Below, piece after piece: positions 44,903-55,202 of a DNA stretch of 64,000 bases; position 1 is the first letter of the stretch, and each line of letters begins with the position of its first letter. Under the pieces are notes generated by a model. It saw only the letters and a program-made list of their open reading frames with translations, did no database searches and had not been told where the DNA came from. This DNA comes from a virus (Duplodnaviria; Caudoviricetes), in IMG/VR virus record IMGVR_UViG_3300037484_000435, positions 1 through 64,000 of that record; one strand, 5' to 3'. The position numbers were made by a program, and so were the translations under genes.

Positions 44903-45520
44903 TTTAGCATTCGTAGGTATAGGTGTGGTTATACCCGAAAAGGATGTAGCACACCTACAGGTCAACGCAATCGCGGACGGTATTGGTGGGTTATATGTGG
45001 ACTGGATCGAGTATGCATGCGGTCATTATGGTACCAGCAATAACGTCTACATCATAACCTTAGAAGCCAGCAGGAAAGAAATTTACGAGGATAACTACTC
45101 GTGCGATATTTATCCCGAGGGCGGGGTGAGGCTGGACTTTATACGAGAAGGCCGAGAGAAGTTCAAAGAGTTATCCGAGAAACTTTCTATAGACCTGTTG
45201 GAACGTTGGGTAATTGCCCAATACAGAATGTAAGGAACAAAAAGAAGTGAAAGGGGTCTAAGGAAAGATGCGAAAGATACTCTTATCAATTTTGGTATTG
45301 GTTATGTGTGTCGGTTGTGGGTCAATGGTAGCCACCACTACACCTAGCCAGTCAACGATTGACAGCATCAAGAAAGACCTTGCCTATTTCAGGAAAGATG
45401 ACCGCTGTTATGCAGTGTCAGTTTTCGCAGGTAGTCAGGGTGTCATAGGATACTATTCCATTACATGGATACCTTGTGATGATAGTATAAAGTAAAGGAT
45501 AAGAAAATCGTTATAACAGT

Positions 45521-45598
45521 GGGGAATTAGCTCAGTTTTGGGAGAGCGGGGGCTTTGCAAGTCTCAGGTCGCGAGTTCGATTCTCGCATTCTCCACCA
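45521..45598 (+). tRNA. trnA: tRNA-Ala(TGC)
   Basis: G3:U70 acceptor GGGGAAT/ATTCTCC, loop TTTGCAA, ACCA. Confidence 0.95.
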
Positions 45599-46206
45599 AA
45601 TTCAATAACTTAGGAAAGGAAACTAAAGTGGCGATATCTAGGGCACAAATTAAAGTAGCACGTAGTAACCAAATGGAAATATTTATAGAGCAAATGGAGG
45701 CTACCATTGATGTCCTTCTTAGAGACTCCTTTGATGAAGATACTCATCTTTATAGTTGGAACCTCCGAGATAAATGGGGTGAACTCGTAGTACCACAGGG
45801 AAGCATAAGAGAGGACATTATTAAAAAGCTAGAGCCTCGCTACAAAGAGGCGGGCTGGGACTTGTCTTATGATAACAAAAGTGGAATCCTCATAATAACA
45901 GAAGGGTAATCCAAAGGAGTACATTAGTGGACCACATAAAAAAATGGCTCAAGACAAAACGTTCAAAGGAAGAGTTTACTACTGAACAACAAGAAATCTA
46001 CGATAGTCTTGCTGATAGGCCCGCCTTCCAGAGGTCATTTAAAGCTAGGTTTTTGGAACCGTTTATGGCTTACTACCAAGAGGGTGATGAAATCTGGTAT
46101 TTTAAAAGCCCTAAAGAAGATTGGGACCGTCTAATGGGCCGAGCTGGTAACGCAATTATCCGTAACGGGGAATGTGTTTATTATCAGGTCACAGAACTTA
46201 ACTAAT

Positions 46207-46283
46207 GGGGAATTAGCTCAGACTGGGAGAGCGCTATACTGGCCGTATAGAGGGCACGCGTTCAAACCGCGTATTCTCCACAA
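46207..46283 (+). tRNA. trnA: tRNA-Ala(GGC)
   Basis: G3:U70 acceptor, CTATA-CTGGCCG-TATAG, TTCAAAC. Confidence 0.9.
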
Positions 46284-47125
46284 GAAAGGATTAGTTATGC
46301 GAATAGAAGACGTGATACAAATTGGGGTAGCACTTGATACAACTAATGCAGGCCGTCTTCCTGATAAGTGTTACACTACTACAGTTACAACAAGAGAGTG
46401 GGTGTATAGCTTGTGCAACTACAGAACTTTGGGTGAGGCCCTTAGGAATCTGAATGCTGATTTTATCGATTGGACATACAATGATGACTCGTGGTACTCC
46501 CGCGTGGGTACAAAGCCCTCTGCAAAGGTGTAAAGATGTTTGCCAACTTTATTTGGTTGTGGTCACACAGAGAGATGTGCCTAACGGAAGGAGAGATAGC
46601 AGACATGATGCAAGAGGGATTAACTGGCATGGTTGAGCATCATCGTACAAGGATGCCCATGCCGATATCTAGTGACTATATAGCGTATGCTTGGGGCCTG
46701 TGTCTTGCCCCTATAGAAAGGAGTCATAAAGTGATAGGATTAGCAGGTGCAATTCGTAGGGCGGAAGATGCAGAGAGGCTTTTACGTGGTATTAGGGAGG
46801 CTCTCACAACTACCCCCACCGATTTACCAGAAGTGGCTATGGATGTAGCCCAAGTTGCACAAAACATATCAGATATAGCTGACTATGTAGGTTCAAGGTA
46901 TGTGGGGTCAAGATTGGAAGCGGAGAAATCCTGATGGAAATATGCCCTCATACCCTAACCATATTTGATGGGACTGAGAATCAGGCTTATGTTACACTAC
47001 ACCAAGTGAAGCCCAATCTTTGGTTTGTATTGATGGAAGATAATAATGACGGTCATGTAGAATGGAAATTCTTCAACGACCTCGAAGAAGCACGGAAATG
47101 TTTCCGAGATTGGGCAGATAGGTAA

Positions 47126-47201
47126 GGTCCAGTAGCTTAGCTTGGTCTAAAGCGACGTTCTCTAAAAACGTTTATCGTAGGTTCAAATCCTACCTGGATC
47201 A
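47126..47201 (+). tRNA. Amber suppressor tRNA (anticodon CTA)
   Basis: Acceptor GGTCCAG/CTGGATC, D-stem GCTT/AAGC, ACGTT-CTCTAAA-AACGT, GTAGG-TTCAAAT-CCTAC; anticodon 47162-47164. Confidence 0.88.
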
Positions 47202-47681
47202 CAGGGAAAGGAAGAAAATTAAATATGTCTATCTTGGTAAAGAAAACCGAAATGAAGAGCGATAAGGAAGGAAACTACACTGTGGTTTACAACTTGATGC
47301 CTTTCAAGTGCCCAGAATGTGGGAGTGATATGACAGATAGGGCTTGGGAGCATGCCAAGGGTTATTACGATAGGAATACGGCCTATTCTTGTGATGAGTG
47401 TAGTTGCCAAATACTCACAGAGATGTATAGAAACACTGGGGCGGATAAAAACCTTGTCACATTTGTGTTGAGGTATTTTGAAAAAGCCAAAGCAGAGGGT
47501 TTGGTACAAACCAATGACTGAAAGAGAAATGTTCGAAAAATCACTTGAAAGACCTAGTAATTTTCGTAAGTTGTCCTCTGAGGAACAGTGGGACATTGAC
47601 AAACGTCTAGGAATCCTCGACTGGCAAGGTGAAGGTTTAACTGATGAAGATTGGAAAAGAATTAAGGAACATTACGAATAA

Positions 47682-47990
47682 ATGATTAAACCCATAGCAC
47701 ATAGGCTAGACATAATAGTAAAGGGAATATATTACCATTTCAAAATCTTGATAAGAAAAGAAATGGAAGACACAGATTATATCTGGGTAATTTACTGTCT
47801 GGAGTTAGACCTTGTCACAGCAGCTAAAAACCGTTACCAAGCTTGGCGGGATATGAAGGATGTTGTGAGGGCACACATAGGCTTTGCTATGGAAAATGAC
47901 AACATGAAACACTGTTTTCATTCGGCCCCGCAGGAACTGTGGACAGATTATTTTAAAGCTGTAAGCAGGAAGAGAAAGAGAAATGGATAG
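47682..47990 (+). CDS. HicB-like fold protein
   Basis: WVIYCLELDLVTAA.....A..DM..V...HI pattern. Confidence 0.45.
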   Translation: MIKPIAHRLDIIVKGIYYHFKILIRKEMEDTDYIWVIYCLELDLVTAAKNRYQAWRDMKDVVRAHIGFAMENDNMKHCFHSAPQELWTDYFKAVSRKRKRNG

Positions 47991-48168
47991 TGACTCACCA
48001 GTGTTTACAACTTTAGTGCTACTCTTGCTATTTATTAGCGTAGCCTTATTCCCGATAGAGATGGTAAAGTGGTTTATACTCGGCGTCCTGTTCATCTGGA
48101 CATTCGAAATTTTTGTGTTCACGCTATTACTAATAGGATTTCTTCTAGAAAATAGAAAACAAAATAGT

Positions 48169-48243
48169 GGCGGCATGGCCGAGTAGTTAGGTCCAGGGCT
48201 GCAAACTCTGGTTACGTGGGTGCAATTCCTACTGCCGCCTCCA
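48169..48243 (+). tRNA. trnC: tRNA-Cys(GCA)
   Basis: Acceptor GGCGGCA/TGCCGCC, loop CTGCAAA, T-loop TGCAATT, U73 and CCA. Confidence 0.92.
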
Positions 48244-48904
48244 CAAGAGAGGATTAAAAAATGAAGATGAAAGACCTGTTAACCTTGGAACCAAGTAGTA
48301 ACAAGGATTTTGACTCATTGGCACGGAATCTCTTTATCGAAATGGGTAAATGGATTGTCGATCTTCAGAATCAGATTAAGGAACAGGACGAACGCATCCG
48401 TGCTTTGGAGAAGGTAAACCAATGAAAACAATAGAAGCAGAAGCACGAGCATTTATGGAGAGTCTAAACACACCAGACCCTGTGCCACCCAAAGACATGT
48501 CTCAATCAAATATGTATTATGTGGAACCTAAGGAAGACAAGATGACGAGGTTACGTGAGATGCTAAATCTTCCCGAGCCCATACCTGAGAATAACACACT
48601 AGAACTACTTAAACTCTTTTGTAGTTGGATTAGTGCTATTAATCACAAAGTCGATGTGTTATCCGAACGTATAGACCTCATTGATGAGCGGGTAGAACAC
48701 CTTGAGTAAAAAGGAAAACATAAAGCCCTTATGGGAAAAAGAGATGGAGGAATACATTAACGGTATGTCTGAGGAAGAGTGGAAACAGTTCCTCATAGAC
48801 ACCGATTTTGAGTATTACAACAGCGAACACTTCCGCAAAATGAAAGTAATCTATCCACAATGGTTGCAAGAATTGGTGGATAAAGCCAATGAAGGGAGAA
48901 ATAA

Positions 48905-49756
48905 ATGAAGATTCTCCACACGTCTGACCTACATGGTTATCAAGCCAAATATGGAAAAGTTCTGAAGCATGCCACCCAAAGGAAGGTGGATGTTGTGGTG
49001 CTGCCGGGCGACCTTCTTACTGGTAGAGACCCTCTGATTGCAGAGCAACGTAAATTCTGCCAGTGGTTGCGGGACTGGATGTATACCCTAACAGAAAGGG
49101 GTATCCATGTGGTCTACATCTTGGGGAATGATGACCTCGCGATAATGGACAAAGTGATGTTGTCCTATGTCAGGGGTAATCCTATGGTCCACTGGATTGA
49201 TGGGCAAGCAACTACAATAGGAGATTATACTTTCGTGGGTATGAGCCAAGTCAAAGACCTTCCTTACGGACTAAAAGACCGTGCTCGGCTAGACTATGAT
49301 ATCGATGACCCCCTCGATATATTCCAGCCCCACACAGCCTACCTCAGCCAAACCGACTACAGTGGGGACGAGTTTGTAGAGATGCCTGTGGAGCGGTGGG
49401 TAGAGCATGTAAAGACTCTCCCAACTCTAGCAAAAATGCTGTGGAGACTGCCAGTGGAGGATTGGAGCAAAACCGTTCTGGTTACACACGACCCACCGTT
49501 TGGTATTGGTTTGGACATGACAGCCAATGGAGAGCAAGTAGGTTCTAAGGCGGTACTGGAATTTATTGAGGACACACAGCCCTACCTTACCTTGCATGGT
49601 CACATTCACGAGTCTCCTAACCGAACTGGTATATGGAGAGCAGAAGTTAACAACACCGTATGTGTACAGGTAGGACAACCTTGGCGGGACTTGAGTGCCG
49701 CAATCATAGACCTCGAAACTAGAGAGGTAGAAAGGATTCTGGATAAAATTACATGA
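48905..49756 (+). CDS. Calcineurin-like metallophosphoesterase (Icc-like)
   Basis: SDLHG, PGDL, LGNDD, THDPP, HGHIHE. Confidence 0.9.
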   Translation: MKILHTSDLHGYQAKYGKVLKHATQRKVDVVVLPGDLLTGRDPLIAEQRKFCQWLRDWMYTLTERGIHVVYILGNDDLAIMDKVMLSYVRGNPMVHWIDGQATTIGDYTFVGMSQVKDLPYGLKDRARLDYDIDDPLDIFQPHTAYLSQTDYSGDEFVEMPVERWVEHVKTLPTLAKMLWRLPVEDWSKTVLVTHDPPFGIGLDMTANGEQVGSKAVLEFIEDTQPYLTLHGHIHESPNRTGIWRAEVNNTVCVQVGQPWRDLSAAIIDLETREVERILDKIT

Positions 49757-50914
49757 ACATAACGTGTTATGCAATCGTAGTGGATAGTTGTGAACTATCG
49801 CCAGAAGATTTTAAAGAAGCTCTCGTAAAATGCTACGCGAGTAATGATTCCTTCTGGTCACAAGTGAAAGTTCAAGAGGGGTATTACACGAAACAACGTA
49901 GAATAATTGTGTACGAACGCAAGTACATTCCTGACGTCCTTCAGGCATTAGACATTCTTTTGGGAAAGGTATAACAATGGAAGCTCTTTTCATAATAGCT
50001 CTTGTGTTGACTGGCCTATTCATTTTGTTCGCTTGTTTAGAAGCCGAGACATGGACTCCTGTTGTGTTTGGAGTAATCTCCTTTGTGTCTTTTACTGTTG
50101 GCTTATATTTCTACCTACAAACAGAACCAACAGCTACCCAATACACAACGATTACCGATCGTTTAGAACTCAACAGCGGTAATAATGGGAAGTATTTAAT
50201 ATTCCCCAAACCAACCCACATAAAGGTTACATTCAAGAAACGATGGGGTTCAGCAGATAGTGAAACCATCTACACAGTGCTGGGGGAATGAGATGCAAGA
50301 ACCATGGATAAAAACAACTATCATAGAACGGGAAAACGGGCCCACTGTGGAGACCGAGATTGTGACTCCACAGGGGTCTCTTTCTATACACCATGATGGC
50401 ATTCATGTGGTGTATATCTCTGGGAAAACCAGATTCATAGGTAGAATATTTACGTGGAAAGACATCTTCGACTTAATAAAAGATAAGTTAGAAGTCATAA
50501 GCAAAGAACAATAAACGAAAGGAAAGGAAAAGGACATGGACCCATTTAGTGGAACAGTTGGGGCAATATGCCTCACGATAATCGCAGTGGCGTTTTTCTA
50601 TTTTACCAGTAGGTAAACTAAGATGATTAGTGCAGGAAAATTTGAAAAGCTCCCGCCCGCGATCGAGGCGTTCAATTATGCTCTCGCAAATCTATCAGTG
50701 TGTGATAAATTTACAATGCATCGAGGTTTGCCAGGAGAAGTTATAAGTTCTTTACCGGATGCTCAGCGGGACGCCCTCAAAGGTCTTACTGCCACCCTCA
50801 TGAATCGTTATCGCTTCTCTCCTTGGCAGGCACATCCGTATAATCTACATGATTGGAATAGGTTCGTGCGGGAGCGAGAGAATAACCAGACGAACAGAAA
50901 GTTGAGGCAAGAAT

Positions 50915-51484
50915 TTGACCAAAAAATACTTAGTAGTCGTAAGCATGTTGCTACTATTTGCGGGGCCGACTAGCGCTCTGGAGATATATGTGAGTAGTAG
51001 CAACTATGACTTGATAGTGGCTGAGGGCCAACAAGGTTTGTTCCGTTGTTATGTGGGGCTAGGGTCACGAGAATTTCCTACACCAATAGGAGAGTATTTT
51101 ATCACACACACTTTTAGAGACCCTTGGTGGATACCCAACCCGAAACGCCCTTGGGCTTATGGAATGAAGCCAAGCAAGGCCGTGTACGGTGGTACAATGG
51201 CCCCACTTTTGAGGAAATCTAAGCCCCGAACGTTGTTTGATGGGGAAGACTTTATCGCGATGGAATACGAGTGGGTAGACAACGATTATCGACTCCACGG
51301 CACTAATCAAAAAATGTCGATTGGTGCCGCAACTAGTCATGGCTGTATTCGTATGTTTCCTCAAGACGCTAAAAGAGTTGTTGATATAATTGAGGAATAT
51401 GTGGGTGTGTGTGGTAAGGGACAAACAGAAAATGGCCCGTTTGTCGTCTTATGTAGGCCTGTCCGATTAGTTATTTTGAGATAG
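50915..51484 (+). CDS. L,D-transpeptidase (YkuD family), secreted
   Basis: Signal peptide; TPIGEY, RLHGT, SHGCIRM catalytic motif. Confidence 0.88.
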   Translation: MTKKYLVVVSMLLLFAGPTSALEIYVSSSNYDLIVAEGQQGLFRCYVGLGSREFPTPIGEYFITHTFRDPWWIPNPKRPWAYGMKPSKAVYGGTMAPLLRKSKPRTLFDGEDFIAMEYEWVDNDYRLHGTNQKMSIGAATSHGCIRMFPQDAKRVVDIIEEYVGVCGKGQTENGPFVVLCRPVRLVILR

Positions 51485-51495
51485 AAATTAATTAG

Positions 51496-51543
51496 TTATC
51501 CTCCTGACTCAGATAAAGACTATTTTAGTGAGGAGGGGGATAA
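51496..51543 (+). promoter_or_regulatory. RBS-sequestering hairpin upstream of HNH gene 4
   Basis: TTATCCTCCT (51496-51505) pairs with AGGAGGGGGATAA (51531-51543) directly before the ATG at 51544. Confidence 0.65.
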
Positions 51544-52230
51544 ATGACACAAGAGGAAATTCTAAGTCTTGGAAGAAAAACACGTATCGAACAACGCAAG
51601 GTTCTCCGAGAAGGGCAAGTTAAAGAATATTATAAAAACCCAGAAATTTGCAAGAATTGTCACAAGATAATTGAGGTTAAGGACTATGATAGTGTAGCAG
51701 TAACTCGCAAAAAGAAATTCTGCTGTCTTTCATGTGTATCCACTTATTCAAATTTGCATCGTCCCAAAAAAGTTTTGAAAGATTACAAAGTAGCTAATTG
51801 TCAAAGTTGTGGAACAGAGATTACTTGGAAACGATGTCCTAACGGAAACTTTAGTCCGAAAAAGTACTGCGATGAATGTTTGGGAGAGCGGATGCGTGAA
51901 GTTTGGTCAATGAATGAGATAGCCAATAAAACTAAAGGGGAAATAAAGGCACAAGCCCGCAACAAACAACTATGGAGAACGTATTTTACGTCGCATTCCC
52001 ACAGGGTCTATTTTGCGTCTAATGTTGGGGATAAGTGTGAAATTTGTGGTTATCCACACCACGTTGTGGTTTGCCATGTCAAACCCATTGCATCTTTCCC
52101 TGATGAAGCAAAGGTATCTGAGATAAATTCGGTTGTCAATCTGGTTGGTCTATGTCCTAACTGTCATTGGGAGTTAGACCACGGATTATTGGAAGACACC
52201 AAAAAAGAACTACTTCAACGCCACATTTAA
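51544..52230 (+). CDS. Zn-finger HNH endonuclease, paralog 4
   Basis: YYKNPEICKNCH...KKFCCLSCVSTYSN; CEICGY...CHVKPI..F...NLVGLCPNCHWELD. Confidence 0.85.
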   Translation: MTQEEILSLGRKTRIEQRKVLREGQVKEYYKNPEICKNCHKIIEVKDYDSVAVTRKKKFCCLSCVSTYSNLHRPKKVLKDYKVANCQSCGTEITWKRCPNGNFSPKKYCDECLGERMREVWSMNEIANKTKGEIKAQARNKQLWRTYFTSHSHRVYFASNVGDKCEICGYPHHVVVCHVKPIASFPDEAKVSEINSVVNLVGLCPNCHWELDHGLLEDTKKELLQRHI

Positions 52231-53253
52231 AAAAGAAAGGGAGGTAGAGGTGTGTGATTCAGCTGATACAGTAGGAGAACTTGTTGCGGTAATCTTGTGT
52301 ATCATTTTTGGGATAGGCCTAGCCGTAATAATGAGTAACGAATCCATAATGTTTATAGTAGGAATGACCGTAGGAGTCCTGTTACTATCCTTGGTAATAG
52401 TCTTGACTGGCTCAAACTACTATAATGGGTATGAACAGGCATATCGAGACTCTAAAAAAGGAACCATCGAAGAAAAAATTAAGAAGCGATTCCCAGATGT
52501 CTGGATAGAATACAACGCCCCACTAAAAGGAGAGGAGAAGCCACATGGGAGATGAGATAGGTGCGTTTGGTGCCGTAGTTCTCGCGTCTATATTTTGGTT
52601 TGTCGTGCTTCTTTTCTCGGTGAATGGTGCGTATAACGTGGGTTACGAGCAAGCTTATAAAGATATGCACACGGGCAAGATAGAAAGTGTAGTTCAACGG
52701 GACTATCCAGCAGTGTGGATAAAATATAATGTCACCGAACCAAAACGATAGGATGATTAAAACATGAATCTGGTTGATGTTAAAGAAAAGATGTTGGAGA
52801 CTAAACATCAAATAGAAACTTCTCAACAAGCAAGACTGGATAGCGTGGAGGATTATATTGATGACCTCCGCGACCTAATCAAGGACTGCAATGCAGATAT
52901 GCTTCGTCTCGTCAACTATCTCATGGAGTCCAACGGTCACTATACAAAGGAAGAAATTGAAAGAGAGGATTTATACCGATGCCTGTCGAAGCAGTAAAAA
53001 GACACAGTTTTGTATTTAACCCAAATGAAAACGGGGGAGAGCAGATTATACTGATGACTCAATTCTTTCCTGCAAGTCCTACAAGCAAAGATGTATTCGC
53101 TGTTTGCGAATTAAGTTTGCAGTCGCAGGGTAACAGTGCTACTTTTACCCTAGGCGGAGATATTTTTTCTCCTGAAAATCTCAGGGAATTAGCCAACCAA
53201 CTGGATGTGGCACGGAACGAAGCGAAGGCAAAGTTGTCTAAATAGTTTTATGT

Positions 53254-53329
53254 GGGGCGCTCATCCAGTGGTTTAGGATAGTGGTTTTTCAAGCCACCAA
53301 CAGGAGTTCAATTCTCCTGCGCCCTACCA
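53254..53329 (+). tRNA. trnE: tRNA-Glu(TTC)
   Basis: Acceptor GGGGCGC/GCGCCCT, GTGGT-TTTTCAA-GCCAC, ACCA. Confidence 0.9.
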
Positions 53330-53549
53330 CCTAAACAAAGGTTTGTATGAGAGAAATCTTCTTAAAATTTTGTGCATTTGTTTTGTATGTTGGGTATTTC
53401 CCTGTGTTCTTTATGGTGTTCATGATAGCGACCGTTAATGAGGAGTTCAGTTGTGGGTGTCCTTTCGACCGATCACACCGATGGATGGAAAAATATTTTC
53501 CTAAATACGGTTGGGCGCAACACTACAAAAGTAAAGAGGTTTAATCCAT

Positions 53550-53624
53550 CCCTACGAGGCCGAAAAGTGAGGCGCGGCTCTCATAAAGCCGTTGCAGAAA
53601 GTGCGATACTTTCCGTAGGGACCA
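53550..53624 (+). tRNA. tRNA with CAT anticodon (Met or Ile2), atypical D and T loops
   Basis: Acceptor CCCTACG/CGTAGGG, CGGCT-CTCATAA-AGCCG, GAAAG-TGCGATA-CTTTC, ACCA; D-loop lacks GG. Confidence 0.8.
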
Positions 53625-55154
53625 ACCATAAGAAAGGAAATCAATGTACCTATATCTACAAGAAGAAGTGACTGGGCATTGCGGTGACTACATCGAATCT
53701 GTGGGGCATCTTATTAACCTAGATAGCCTCCCTGTCGAGGGGGAGGATAGACAAGTCGCTCAAAAAGAACTTTACGAGGTAGCTTATGGGTGGATTTTTG
53801 ATAAGCTTGTAGATGACCCATCGGGATGTTCACCAGACTCTACGTGGGAATACAATCAAGAAACAAAGAAATGGGTCGAGACACAATTAACCACGTCTGA
53901 ACAACGTCAAGAAGAACGCAATAAAATGTGGAGAATCTAATGAAAACCGAGTTCCCGCATACAGACCTGCTGTTGGCCGAAATGCGTCTGAAGAAACAAG
54001 CAAACGCTATCTCGGAATTGCGGGAACGGTGTTTGTTCCTTAAGATAAAAGAAAAGAAAATGGCCAGAGCCATTACAAGAAAACATGAGTGGGCTAGAAA
54101 ATTACGAGCCCAACTAATTGTGGCAGGCATCGAGCCCGCGAAAGAAAAATAGGAGCGAGTATGATTAAACTCACTATAGAAGACCTCGAAACGTTACAGT
54201 CTGAGTTTGCAGATGTCAACAAGGAAGACGTCGAAGCTGAAATTGACCGCATGGTTATGGAGGTGGATAACGCTTGTGATCGCGAAGTTAAGGCGTGGGC
54301 GAAAAAATATGCTGCCAATACTATGCTCTCGGCCCTGTTGACAGGTGCAACACCCATGGAAATGGTTTACCAAAGTATGTTAATAGGTCTCTATATGGGT
54401 GCCCGTATGCAGGAAGGTAAGTCAGGACAAACAATGACTGTGAGGTTGCAATTCCAACCCGGCGGAACCAATCTGCACTAGGAGAAGGCTATGTCCGATG
54501 TAGTAAAAGTAGAGAGAATCAAATGGAATGTTGCCTCAGGAGAAGGTTGGGGCCGAAAACTATCATTCGGATACTTTGTAGAAGTTATTCAATGTAGATG
54601 GAAACCTGATGGTTACTCCCAATCTGTTTCCGTAAAACAAAAAGTGTCCTTAGAAAATCCCGACGAGTTAATAGAAGAACTTGTTACTGCAAAACGGTTC
54701 TTAGAAACGAGCAAACCACATTTCAAATTTAGAGGTGAGAAGAGCGGATGAGTTGGAACTACAGGGTCCTAAAAAGAAATAATGGCAAGAGCGACTATTA
54801 CGCCATTCACGAGGTGTATTACAGGCCCGATGACACTCCAGAATATTGGACCACCGCCAGCATCAGGCCTTACGGCAGATCTCCAGCGGAATTGCAAGAA
54901 GATTTGTCACATATGCGGGAGGCACTGCAACAGCCAATTCTTCAGGAAGTAACAAAAAACGGTGAAGAAATACTGGAAGAAATTAACTAACGATTTCCCC
55001 ATTTGCAGACGTTCCCTTTCGGTGGGCGCGTCTGCATTAAAAACAAAATTCAAAAGTATAAGGCCTTAGAGTCCTTCTCTAGGACGAGAAGGCCGTCCCA
55101 CTAACCCATCTTAAAAGATATATTTAAGGAATCTTCGGGTTAATGATAATTTAA

Positions 55155-55197
55155 CTATGCTCCTGTGTAAGGTAGTGAACTTACACTAGGAGGATAG
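55155..55197 (+). promoter_or_regulatory. RBS-sequestering hairpin upstream of HNH gene 5
   Basis: CTCCT-GTGTAAG (55160-55171) pairs with CTTACAC-t-AGGAG (55180-55192); ATG at 55203. Confidence 0.7.
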
Positions 55198-55202
55198 AAT
55201 TC

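Noticed and set aside
47126-47201. Pyrrolysine tRNA
   Set aside because: Canonical D-loop, 5-bp anticodon stem and 5-nt variable loop; no pyl genes in the window.
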